Source: Myxococcota bacterium
Lineage (GTDB): Bacteria > Myxococcota_A > UBA9160 > UBA6930
NCBI GenBank assembly: GCA_965223705.1
Contig: OZ245015.1
Span: forward strand, 928,001-992,000
DNA: 64,000 nt
Direction: 5' to 3'
The first letter of the stretch is position 1. Every line of letters starts with the position of its first letter. A model generated the notes under the pieces. It searched no databases. It was not told the DNA's origin and saw only the letters and a list, made by a program, of their open reading frames with translations. The translations under genes were made by a program, and so were the position numbers. Below, one piece after another: positions 19,125-28,095 of the stretch.

Positions 19125-19634
19125 CTACTTTCCGCACCAGCGCAGGGGAAAACCCGTCGGATCCCAGAAGTGCGACGGTGAGTAGGAGAAGCGCCGCTCC
19201 TCCGGCGACGGAAAGGGCTCACAGCCGCCACCCTCGCAGTAACCCAGCGCGTTGCCGACCAGGGTCTCTCCCTCGAACCTCGATTCGAGGGGCACGGCTG
19301 CGGGTCGAAGATTGTTGTCGACGATCAGCAGGCCACCGGCTTCGCCCCCGTCGTCAGAGAACTGAAGCAGCGTCGAACCTTCGGTCCACACGACCGTGTA
19401 GAACTTCGCGTCCGCAAGCGCAGGACAGTTCGTTGTGGAGCTGTGCGTGGTGGTGTGGAGGACGTACCAACCGTGCCGAACGCCGATGACTTCGTCCGCG
19501 CGTCGTGCGCGTTCCAGGGCTTCTGCGGCGGTGTCGATCTCCGCCAGATCCGCAAGCGCGGGATCGCGCGTCGCGGTGTTTGTTCCGCCGCCGCATGAAG
19601 CGAGGAGGAGCACAACTAGCACCAACCACGTCAT
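19125..19634 (-). CDS. Hypothetical lipoprotein
   Basis: Lipobox LLLASC after hydrophobic N-terminus; GGAG RBS. Confidence 0.65.
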   Translation of the reverse strand: MTWLVLVVLLLASCGGGTNTATRDPALADLAEIDTAAEALERARRADEVIGVRHGWYVLHTTTHSSTTNCPALADAKFYTVVWTEGSTLLQFSDDGGEAGGLLIVDNNLRPAAVPLESRFEGETLVGNALGYCEGGGCEPFPSPEERRFSYSPSHFWDPTGFPLRWCGK

Positions 19635-19647
19635 CTCCGGAGTTTAC

Positions 19648-19685
19648 AAAAGAAAGAGACCCCGAGCCGAAGCCCGAGGCCTCTC
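19648..19685 (-). terminator. Rho-independent terminator
   Basis: Minus strand GAGAGGCCTCGGGC-TTCG-GCTCGGGGTCTCT followed by TTCTTTTG, just downstream of 19704..20078. Confidence 0.75.
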
Positions 19686-19703
19686 GTCGATGCCTTTTTT
19701 GCG

Positions 19704-20078
19704 TTACTCGAGTTCGAAGAGCTTCCCGTTCCAAGTGCGTTTCGCGAGGTTGACGCGCCCTTCGGCGATGACCGTTTGACCGTTCCCGAGCGTCACGGCT
19801 CCGCGGGTTTCCCACTCTCCCGGCTTCTCGAGCCAGTAAACGCCCATCCCTTCGCCGTGGAGAACACCCGACTCGAGGAAGCCCACCCCTTTGTCCGAGT
19901 AACTTCCCCGATCGTTGGTTCCGGTGTAGATCACGGTTGACACGACGGTACCGGAGAGTTGTCCGGAGACTTCGCCCTCCATGTTCACCTCAATGGTGCG
20001 CTGATCGCCGTCGATGTTTGTGACGGTCATCGATGTCGACTTGCTCTTGTAGCTTCCGATCTCTTTTCCGGTGGGCAT
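19704..20078 (-). CDS. Hypothetical beta-rich cytoplasmic protein
   Basis: AAAGGA RBS, 124-aa ORF with plausible composition, followed by terminator. Confidence 0.75.
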   Translation of the reverse strand: MPTGKEIGSYKSKSTSMTVTNIDGDQRTIEVNMEGEVSGQLSGTVVSTVIYTGTNDRGSYSDKGVGFLESGVLHGEGMGVYWLEKPGEWETRGAVTLGNGQTVIAEGRVNLAKRTWNGKLFELE

Positions 20079-20212
20079 GGCGTTTCCTTTCGATAAGAGT
20101 TGCCCTGCACCACCAGTAGACTCCTCGCGTCGACTCCGAGCAATCGAAATCGCCGCTCCCCGCGAGAGCCCCGTGGGCAGCTCGCTTGCCGCTCAGTCAC
20201 GGAGTTTCTCGT

Positions 20213-22012
20213 TCAGTGTACGAGATCGCCGCTCGCGGGAAGCTCGGGACGTACCGTTACGAGCTCGGCAGACGTGAGTTCGGGACCGACCGCTACGATC
20301 AGCACGATGTACCGTCCCCACGGTTCGCCGTCGGGCTTCCGGAATGCGACAGCAATCGCGACGTCGAGTTCGTCCGACGACAAAAAGGGCTCCGGAAGCT
20401 CGATGTCACCGAGGTGTGTCGTCTCACTGATCCAGCCGCTGACCGGTCGTTGCACTTGATCGAGGGCGTCTTGAAGCAGCTGGTGCAACGCCTCCTCGGA
20501 AGATGTGCCTCGTTGAATGCGGATTGCCGCCTCTAGGCACAAATCCGACAACGACGTCCGCAACACGGGAGACCGAGTGTTTCTCAACCGTCGCTCTGTT
20601 TCGAGTTTTCGCAGGATTGAAGCGACGTGGGCCTCATGCTCATCCGACCCGAAGATCTGGTAGGTGCCAATGAGAAGGCCACGAAGGCTCGCGCTCGATC
20701 TCGCCTCGCTAAGTGCACCCACAGCGATCGTACGCGCCTCTGGATCGAGGAGGCTTGCGCGCTTCGCGGGAGATTCGAGCATGCCGCGAATCAGACGCTC
20801 GAGATTCGTGTAAGCCGTCGACCAGCCCCACGCAACCGCTCCGGATTGCACGATGTCTTCGACACGCCAGCCGGCCATCATCCCGAGCATGACAAGGTCC
20901 GTGGTCGAACCGGGAGCATTCCCCGAGATAGAGGCCATCAAGTGAGGGGCCAACTCGCGGCCAACCTCGCTTTGCGTTGAAGAGAACTCGAGAGCCGTGA
21001 GACCGGCTTGCTCCCGGATCTGGTTGACAATTCTTGCCGCCGCGCGTTCGAGAACGGCCGGATCGTCCGCGTCGCGGCGAACGTCAAAGCGGACTCGCCG
21101 ATACCGCGATGACCGATCCTTCTTAGGGCGGAACATCAGATCGAGGACTGAATGCGCGACGAACCGCCCTGCGGGTTGTGCCAGCAATACCGCTTGGACG
21201 GACTCTTCGACCCCCGCGTGTTCGCAGGTAAACGAGAAGTGCGGCAAGCGAACCGTGTCGTCTTGCTGGCACACTTCCACACCAAACTCGCCGCGGTTCG
21301 CCAACAGTGACACACTCTCACTCGGGTTCAGCAAGGTACCGCGAACGCGCACTGGCTCACCGGGCGTCCGCTCCGTGACGATCTTCTCGAACTGCACGCG
21401 TCGTCGTCCGCTTGCGACGACAAAGAGCCCGGTGTCGGCACGACGACCGTACCAGACGCCCGCACTCAACGGCCCACCAACGAGGTGCTTTTCAAGCATC
21501 TCTTGGATGCGATCGGCCTGGTTGAGCATCACCGCTTGGTCATCCTCGACACTGCGGAAGTAGAGGGAACTCGTAGAGACTCCGACAGAGGCGGCGTTGC
21601 ATCGCGCTGTGATGAAGCGGCGGAGCTCGGGCGTCGGGTTTGCCTCGTGCTCGAAATAGAAGAGCCCGATCTCCCGAGCGACACAGTGCATCGCTTCGGT
21701 CGGCACGATGAGTCCAGCCCGTTTTTCCGCCGCCTGCTTCAAGACGGTTCCCCAGAGCGACGTGTCAACGAAAGGGGCGGGATCGATCGCATCGGGGAAC
21801 GGTCCAGACAATTCCCATTCCGGTACGTCTTTCTCGGTTGCTTCGAAGATGCCGTGAGGAACGGTTCCTTGTCCCAGTGACTGAAGGGTCTCGGGCGTCG
21901 GAAAGGGGGAATCTCTTTCCGCGGCCAAGGCGTTGGCCGCATCGAGGAGGATGGTCCCGAGTGCCATGAGCAGCAACCGGGTGATACCTCTGCTGGGTCT
22001 TGAATCTCGCAT
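20213..22012 (-). CDS. Secreted hypothetical protein with CAP/SCP-like segment (paralog of 4554..6293)
   Basis: Signal peptide; WELSGPFPD, PTEAMHCVARE, VNQIREQAGL, LGMMAGW.VED, GEPWGRY shared with paralog. Confidence 0.75.
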   Translation of the reverse strand: MRDSRPSRGITRLLLMALGTILLDAANALAAERDSPFPTPETLQSLGQGTVPHGIFEATEKDVPEWELSGPFPDAIDPAPFVDTSLWGTVLKQAAEKRAGLIVPTEAMHCVAREIGLFYFEHEANPTPELRRFITARCNAASVGVSTSSLYFRSVEDDQAVMLNQADRIQEMLEKHLVGGPLSAGVWYGRRADTGLFVVASGRRRVQFEKIVTERTPGEPVRVRGTLLNPSESVSLLANRGEFGVEVCQQDDTVRLPHFSFTCEHAGVEESVQAVLLAQPAGRFVAHSVLDLMFRPKKDRSSRYRRVRFDVRRDADDPAVLERAAARIVNQIREQAGLTALEFSSTQSEVGRELAPHLMASISGNAPGSTTDLVMLGMMAGWRVEDIVQSGAVAWGWSTAYTNLERLIRGMLESPAKRASLLDPEARTIAVGALSEARSSASLRGLLIGTYQIFGSDEHEAHVASILRKLETERRLRNTRSPVLRTSLSDLCLEAAIRIQRGTSSEEALHQLLQDALDQVQRPVSGWISETTHLGDIELPEPFLSSDELDVAIAVAFRKPDGEPWGRYIVLIVAVGPELTSAELVTVRPELPASGDLVH

Positions 22013-22144
22013 GTCAGGCAAATCGGGAGATTCAAGCGTGTGCTTGAAGGGGCCGTCTCCGGCTACAACTCTTGCAACTTTTGTTGCACGTCTTGGGTCA
22101 TCGGGTTCACACGCGTTGACCCGCGCGAATGGAGTCAGTTTGTC

Positions 22145-22420
22145 ATGAACGCGCTCGTCGATTTTCTCCTGTTCCGAAAGATGGCCTCTCCCTTCTTGCT
22201 CCAGATTCTCTTCTGGGCGGGCATCGGGGGGACGTTCTACGGCGCCTACGTCCTGCTTCAGCTCGACAATTGGGCGTGGTGTCCGGCTCTTGTTTTCGGA
22301 AGTCTCGGCACACGCGTGCTCTTCGAGCGTCTGCTCTTGTCGTTCCGGAGCTTCGAGCAGCTCGAAGAGCTCGTCGACCTGCTCCGGCGCAACACCGGGG
22401 AGCAGTTTCTCGGCAAGTAG
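22145..22420 (+). CDS. DUF4282-like small membrane protein
   Basis: FLLFRKMASP..LQILFW and R+LFE...FR..E.L motifs; GGAG RBS. Confidence 0.7.
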   Translation: MNALVDFLLFRKMASPFLLQILFWAGIGGTFYGAYVLLQLDNWAWCPALVFGSLGTRVLFERLLLSFRSFEQLEELVDLLRRNTGEQFLGK

Positions 22421-22522
22421 CCGCTTTTTATCCAACGGACGCGACACGTTTTCCGGAAAACCGGCACTCACTTGGGCCCGCCATCTCGGCGCACCCCTGT
22501 ACTTCCGGAAGAGGAACTAAAT

Positions 22523-23869
22523 TTGCGTATCGCGTCACTTCTCTTGACTTCGTGCCTTGTACTCGTTCTCGCGGCTCCGGGCCTCGCCCGCAACGAGCGC
22601 AACCGATCGGTTCGTCCTGTGACCGATCGCGACTTCTACGACAACGGGCGTCCGGACCCCGGCAAAGTCGAACTCGGGCGCCTGCTCTTCTTCGACAAGG
22701 TCTTGAGCGGAAACGAAAACATCTCCTGCGGTAGCTGCCATCACTCCCTCACGGACACAGGCGACGGCCTGTCGCTGTCGATCGGCGAAGGCGGCGTTGG
22801 ACTGGGCGTGACCCGCGATACCGGAGCCGGCGACGACGCCGTGCACGAGCGTGTACCGCGCAATGCCCCCCCGGTCTTCAACCTCGGCGCTCGTGAATTC
22901 ATGACCCTCTTTTGGGATGGGCGCGTCACGATCGACGAAGATGGTCACTTTGTTTCGCCGGCCGGAGCCGACCTGCCCGAAGGTCTCGACAACCCCCTCG
23001 CGGTTCAGGCCATGTTCCCGGTCACGTCCGGTACGGAGATGGCGGGCCAGCCCGGCGAGAACGCGCAGGCCGACGCTGCTGCCGCCGGCGATTTGCCCTT
23101 GGTGTGGGAAATCATCGCCGAAAAGCTCCGGGGGATTCCCGAGTACGTCGATCGTTTCTCCGCGGTCTACGACGACGTGAGTCATGCCTCGGATGTGACC
23201 TACGTGCACGTCGCCAATGCGATCGCGGCTTTCGAAGCTTCGGACTGGCGTTTCACGGACAGCCCGTTCGACGAGTTCTTGCGCGGTAATCGCGATGCGA
23301 TGAGCCGGAGCGCCCAGCGCGGAATGCGGCTCTTCTACGGAAAGGCGAACTGTTCGAGCTGCCACGCCGGCCCGTTCCAGACCGATCACGACTTCCACGC
23401 GATCGCGATGCCCCAGATCGGGCCGGGAAAGGGCGACGGCGTCGACGGGAACGAAGATTTCGGACGGTTCCGCGAGACGGGTGATCCCGATGATCTCTTC
23501 CGGTTCCGCACGCCGACGCTTCGCAACGTCGCGTTGACGGGGCCCTGGGGACACGCCGGTGCGTACGACTCTCTCGAGGCGGTTGTCAAGCACCACCTCC
23601 GGCCCCGCCGTTCACTTCGCCGATACGATCCGAGCCAGGCCGTGTTGCCACCGCGCCCCGATCTCGACGCGCTTGATTTTCTCGTGATGGCCGATCCGGG
23701 GAAAGTCCGCGCGATCGCCGACGCAAATGAGCTACGAGGACAGCGCCTGCGCAAGTCGGAGTTCCAAGACCTCATGGCGTTCCTGCACGCGTTGACGGAT
23801 ACCGACGCCATCGATCTCAGGAAAGACGTTCCGATGACGGTGCCGAGCGGCCTCCCGGTGTTTGACTAG
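22523..23869 (+). CDS. Di-heme cytochrome c peroxidase (CCP/MauG family)
   Basis: LGRLLFFD..LS, CGSCH and CSSCH heme motifs, FWDGR, FRTPTLRNVALTGPWGH; signal peptide after GAGGA RBS. Confidence 0.93.
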   Translation: MRIASLLLTSCLVLVLAAPGLARNERNRSVRPVTDRDFYDNGRPDPGKVELGRLLFFDKVLSGNENISCGSCHHSLTDTGDGLSLSIGEGGVGLGVTRDTGAGDDAVHERVPRNAPPVFNLGAREFMTLFWDGRVTIDEDGHFVSPAGADLPEGLDNPLAVQAMFPVTSGTEMAGQPGENAQADAAAAGDLPLVWEIIAEKLRGIPEYVDRFSAVYDDVSHASDVTYVHVANAIAAFEASDWRFTDSPFDEFLRGNRDAMSRSAQRGMRLFYGKANCSSCHAGPFQTDHDFHAIAMPQIGPGKGDGVDGNEDFGRFRETGDPDDLFRFRTPTLRNVALTGPWGHAGAYDSLEAVVKHHLRPRRSLRRYDPSQAVLPPRPDLDALDFLVMADPGKVRAIADANELRGQRLRKSEFQDLMAFLHALTDTDAIDLRKDVPMTVPSGLPVFD

Positions 23870-23901
23870 TCTGTCGGGCGGTTGTCTAGGATGATATCCC
23901 G

Positions 23902-24342
23902 ATGAAGCCGTGGCTCGCGCTCGTTTTCTTGTCCCTCCTGTGCACGATCGCCCGTGCGGACGGGACGAAGGGCGCATTGATCGTGCATGTGACGGGTGCG
24001 GAATCGAGCGAGGGCCGAATCTTGGTCGCGCTCTTCGACTCGGAGTCGAGCTATCTGAAGACGCCGGTGGCGCAGGGGGCGTCGGGCATCGACGAGAAGG
24101 GCTCGGGCGCGGTTCGGTTCGGCGAACTCGCCCCGGGCTCGTACGCGGTCACCGTGTTCCACGACCGGAACGGCAATGGCGAACTCGACACGGGGTTTTT
24201 CGGAGTCCCGAAAGAGCCCGTTGGTTTTTCGAACAACGCCAAGGCCCGCTTCGGCCCCGCGAAGTGGGAGGCGACGCGCTTTTCCGTCGACGGGCCGTCG
24301 GTCGTGCAGAAGATCTCCCTCGTGCAGGCGGGCTCGTCGTAG
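23902..24342 (+). CDS. DUF2141 family secreted protein
   Basis: YAVTVFHDRNGNGELD...PKEPVGFSNNA..FGP. Confidence 0.9.
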   Translation: MKPWLALVFLSLLCTIARADGTKGALIVHVTGAESSEGRILVALFDSESSYLKTPVAQGASGIDEKGSGAVRFGELAPGSYAVTVFHDRNGNGELDTGFFGVPKEPVGFSNNAKARFGPAKWEATRFSVDGPSVVQKISLVQAGSS

Positions 24343-24398
24343 GTAAACGAAGCGGCTACGTGAGCGGGCGCGATCCCGACGTGTCAAGCTCCGCAGGT

Positions 24399-24875
24399 AT
24401 GACGCTCGAAAACTTGGGAAACGTGGGCGAGTTCCTCGGCGCCATCGCGGTGGTCACTTCCCTGATCTACCTCTCGGTGCAGGTCCGACAGAACTCTGCC
24501 CTTCAACAAGCATCCGTCGTGAGCGCTGTCTCCGACGCCGTGGCGTCTTCGCTATCCGCGATGCACGATACCGAGACGGCCGACCTCATGATTCGCGGGC
24601 TGGCGGGCCTCGAGCCGTTGTCCGACGTGGAACGGTTCCGCTTCAGCGTGCTCATGTTCACCGTCTTCAACTCTTGTCAGAAGGCTTTCTACCTCCACCA
24701 GTCGGGCGTGGCGCCCGAAGATCTGTGGACACGGATCCAGGGGGTCATCCGCTTCTACTTTGAAAACCCCGGTGTTCACGAATGGTGGGAGGGTGCGACC
24801 GATCGAATCGGTCCGGCCTTCGTCGACTGGGTCGATCAAAACGTGCTCTCCGCGCAGGAGCGCACGGCCCGCTAG
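24399..24875 (+). CDS. Hypothetical membrane-anchored protein (paralog family of 6366..6884)
   Basis: MTLENLGNVGEFLGAIAVVTSLIYLSVQVRQN. Confidence 0.75.
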   Translation: MTLENLGNVGEFLGAIAVVTSLIYLSVQVRQNSALQQASVVSAVSDAVASSLSAMHDTETADLMIRGLAGLEPLSDVERFRFSVLMFTVFNSCQKAFYLHQSGVAPEDLWTRIQGVIRFYFENPGVHEWWEGATDRIGPAFVDWVDQNVLSAQERTAR

Positions 24876-25495
24876 CGTCGGGCCCTCGCAGAGGCCCCCA
24901 GGGCAGCGAGGCCGAGAGAGAGGAGAAGGGCCGTCGACGGCTCAGGCACAGGCTCTCCCAGAACCCTGAACGTGAGGTCGGAATCGAGTGGTTGGCCGGA
25001 GCGGCCCAGGAATGTGCCGCCCGGGTACCAGTCGATGAAGTTCGACGCGAGCACCGAGTAGCCGCCCCGCGCTTCGTCCGGGACTTCGATCCGAAAGCTG
25101 TAGTTCTCACCGGGCGTCAGCCGGATTCCGAAGCCGCTCAGATCGAAATCCAACCAATGATCACCGGTGAAGCCAAACGGGCGCGTGACGCTCGCGAGCT
25201 GATCGGGAGGGTTCGGCGTGTAACCCAAGCCGCGAAACAGCGTCAGCGTGCCGACGGGCTGCGTCGAGTTTGCCGTGTTCGCGAGCCGGTACCAGAAGGA
25301 AATCGTCTGAAGCGATTCGACGCTTTCGTCGGCGAGGAAGGATTGACCGAAGATCGAATCACCTCTCGCGAAGGTTGGACCACCGCCGATCGTGGGTTGA
25401 ATGATGTCGGCGCTCGCACTCGACGCGACGAATACCGACGCGGCCAAGAGGGCTGCGGCCCGAGTCAACGAGCGCTTGTGCTGTGCTCCGCGCAT
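24872..25495 (-). CDS. PEP-CTERM sorting domain protein
   Basis: Signal peptide ending ASA; C-terminal VPEPSTALLLSLGLAALGASARARR. Confidence 0.9.
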   Translation of the reverse strand: MRGAQHKRSLTRAAALLAASVFVASSASADIIQPTIGGGPTFARGDSIFGQSFLADESVESLQTISFWYRLANTANSTQPVGTLTLFRGLGYTPNPPDQLASVTRPFGFTGDHWLDFDLSGFGIRLTPGENYSFRIEVPDEARGGYSVLASNFIDWYPGGTFLGRSGQPLDSDLTFRVLGEPVPEPSTALLLSLGLAALGASARARR

Positions 25496-25581
25496 GCGGT
25501 AATCGCTCCCTGCCGGCGAGAGGCGTTGGCTTCCTTCGGCCCGGGAGGTTAGTCGCCAGCGTGTCGCAGCGCACAGCCGGG

Positions 25582-26967
25582 CTAGGATCGAACCTTCGGC
25601 CGCCCCAGTCGGGTGAACCCGGCGAGCCCGACGACCATCATGAGCGCCGTGCTGGGCTCGGGGGTGGGGATCGGAGTCGTGGTTGCAGAAAGTCCGGGGT
25701 TGACGGTGACGAGGGCTTGAAGTGCCAGGTTGCTCCCGAAGGTCGTCGTCGGGTCGACCTCGACCCCCGACCAGTCCAATGGATCAAAACCCGTGATGCC
25801 CGAGAGATCGGCGCCGATGAAAAAGCTGTCGCGGATCCTCACGCCAGAGAAGTCGCCGTGTAGCTCCGAAAACTCGAAAATGCCGTCGGAAAGATCCGAA
25901 CCGACACCAGCCGAGATACTCGCATTGGAGATCAGGGCCTGATCGAAGTCGACGTTGTCTCCGAGAACGATGGACCCGTAGTAGCTCGTGTTCTCGAGTC
26001 TCAGCTGACGAATTTGCACACCGCTCGCGGCCTCGAGGTTCGCGTTGAACAGGGTCGAACCGTTGAAGCGGACGCCCGGATCCACCTCGACATCCAGCTC
26101 GAAGCCGGCCGGTCCGTGAACCGTCGCCGCTTGCACCCAGGTATCGACGATGAGAAGACCCGCCTGGCCGCCGGCGAACGTCACCGTCTGGTTGTCCAGG
26201 TTGCTTCCAGAAGCGACGATGACCTCCAGGGCCTGGCCCCGCTCCGCGGACGCCGACAGGCCGAGCGCAACGCCGCACAAGACGAGGGCCACCGATCGAA
26301 CCCCTCGCGTGCTGGTCGCTACGTGCGCAAGGTCGCGTCGCTTGCGGGTCCCGAACGCGGCGAGACCCGAGATTCCGAGGCCCATTAAGAGAGCCGTACC
26401 GGGTTCCGGGACCGGATCGGGAACGATCGTCACGGTATCGATGGAGGAGCGGGCAACCGCGGCTCCGTTGATCAACAAACCGGTCGCGTCGAAGAACGCC
26501 GACGGGACTGGCGGCGTCGTCGGAAGCGCGTTGGTCGGGAGGTAGCAGCAAGAGAAGCTGTCCCCCGTGAAAACGAGTTGGAGCTGCGCGTTCGGTCCGA
26601 ACCCGATGTCGGAGCCCGAGAGGTCGGCGATGTACCAGAGCTCCTCGGGAAAACCTAGGCCGCCGTCGATCGCAACGTAGAGCTCGCGGAATCCACCGCC
26701 GAAGTTCCAGGTGTTGCCCGCGACCGAGAACGACGCGCCCTGGATTGCGGCGGCGTAGCTTGCGCTGTTTCCACCCGGGGCGGGGTTCGGGACCGTCGGG
26801 TCGAACGTGATCGTGGCCGTCCAGGCCTCGCCGATCAGTCCGCTCGGAGCGCCATCGTCGGCGCTTACCGTGCCGGTGAATTGGAACGTCAGCGCCGAGG
26901 CGTTCGCCGCACCGAAAAGCATGAGCGCCGCGCAGAATGTAAAGCCGAGCAAGGTTGTGCGAAGCAT
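25582..26967 (-). CDS. PEP-CTERM protein with two sorting signals (internal and C-terminal), second half with pentapeptide-like repeats
   Basis: Signal peptide; internal VPEPGTALLMGLGISGLAAFGTRKRR; terminal TPEPSTALMMVVGLAGFTRLGRPKVRS; no intervening stop. Confidence 0.85.
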   Translation of the reverse strand: MLRTTLLGFTFCAALMLFGAANASALTFQFTGTVSADDGAPSGLIGEAWTATITFDPTVPNPAPGGNSASYAAAIQGASFSVAGNTWNFGGGFRELYVAIDGGLGFPEELWYIADLSGSDIGFGPNAQLQLVFTGDSFSCCYLPTNALPTTPPVPSAFFDATGLLINGAAVARSSIDTVTIVPDPVPEPGTALLMGLGISGLAAFGTRKRRDLAHVATSTRGVRSVALVLCGVALGLSASAERGQALEVIVASGSNLDNQTVTFAGGQAGLLIVDTWVQAATVHGPAGFELDVEVDPGVRFNGSTLFNANLEAASGVQIRQLRLENTSYYGSIVLGDNVDFDQALISNASISAGVGSDLSDGIFEFSELHGDFSGVRIRDSFFIGADLSGITGFDPLDWSGVEVDPTTTFGSNLALQALVTVNPGLSATTTPIPTPEPSTALMMVVGLAGFTRLGRPKVRS

Positions 26968-27002
26968 TGCCGTCTCCCTCTTTCCCAAGAGGTCGTAGAC
27001 AA

Positions 27003-27019
27003 CGCAATGGCTGTGCCAG
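27003..27019 (-). promoter_or_regulatory. Sigma-54 (-24/-12) promoter
   Basis: Minus strand CTGGCAC-AGCCA-TTGCG, about 35 nt upstream of PEP-CTERM start 26967. Confidence 0.8.
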
Positions 27020-27227
27020 TCGATGCGGAAAGCCGAAAACAGGCGTGGCTTCGGTGGGTCTGCGCCTTTCGGCGCATACGCGTTGCGCGTGCAATCGGCG
27101 GGCAACTGTGGGTAGCGGAGGCTCTTAAGGGGATACCGACGGACCCCGCCAGGTGTGAGTGGCCCCGACGCGGCGTTTGGTGACGGTGAAAAATCAGCGC
27201 CCGGCGGGCATGCCCTCGCTCGGAAAC

Positions 27228-27259
27228 TGAATTCGGCCGCAAGAAGCGGATACCCCCGC
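27228..27259. repeat. Dispersed conserved intergenic element, copy 1
   Basis: TGAATTCGGCCGCAAGAAGCGGATACCCCCGC identical at 52092-52123; core also at 58184-58206. Confidence 0.85.
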
Positions 27260-27305
27260 GATCCCAGCGCGCGTAGCCTTCGCGCGAGTCGAAGGGGAGA
27301 ACGTC

Positions 27306-28052
27306 ACGGAAGCTCTGAAGGACAAAGTCGCTCTCGTTACGGGAGCTTCCCGCGGCATCGGAGCTGCCACCGCTATCCGACTGGCCGAGGGCGGTGCCGA
27401 GGTCGTCGTGAACGTCCGCGAGAGCCTGTCCGAAGCGGAGTCGTTGGTTTCGGAGATCCGCCGGGCGGGCGGCCGGGCGAGTGTCATCCAGGCGGATATG
27501 TCCCGGGTGTCCGAGGTGCGGGGCATGTTCGCCGAGCTCTCCGACCGCTTCGGTCGTCTCGACGTTCTCGTCGCGAACGCCGGATACTGCGTGTTTCGAT
27601 CGATCGCGGAGACGAGCGAGGAAGACTTCGAGCGGATCTTCGCGGTGAACGCCCGCGGCACCTTCTTCTGCCTCCAGGAGGCCATTCGCCGCATGTCGCA
27701 CGGCGGTCGAATCATCTGCGTCTCAACCATAGGAACCCGCCTCCACCTCGAGGGCGGCGCGGCCTACTTCGGCAGCAAGGCGGCGATCGAGCAGTTCTGT
27801 CATGTGCTCGGCCGTGAGGGCGCTCCGCGCGGGATCACCGTCAACGTGGTCTCCCCTGGATTCGTCGAGACGCGAATGCTCGCGGAGTCGCTCGATCCTT
27901 CTGGGTCGGCTTCGCTCGTCGACATGACGCCCCTCGGACGCCTCGGCGCGCCCGAGGACATCTCCGAAGTCATCGCCTTTCTCGCGGGCCAAGAGCGGGC
28001 CTGGATCACGCGACAGAACCTCGCGGTCGACGGGGGCATCGTCAGCCGATGA
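27306..28052 (+). CDS. SDR oxidoreductase (FabG-like) with non-canonical start (ACG 27306 or CTG 27315)
   Basis: LKDKVALVTGASRGIG Rossmann motif lies in frame upstream of first GTG; ANAG, YFGSK, NVVSPG. Confidence 0.85.
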   Translation, partial: TEALKDKVALVTGASRGIGAATAIRLAEGGAEVVVNVRESLSEAESLVSEIRRAGGRASVIQADMSRVSEVRGMFAELSDRFGRLDVLVANAGYCVFRSIAETSEEDFERIFAVNARGTFFCLQEAIRRMSHGGRIICVSTIGTRLHLEGGAAYFGSKAAIEQFCHVLGREGAPRGITVNVVSPGFVETRMLAESLDPSGSASLVDMTPLGRLGAPEDISEVIAFLAGQERAWITRQNLAVDGGIVSR

Positions 28053-28095
28053 CGCGCCCCGCATCGACACAGCACGGTGAAGGAGGGACGCATCG

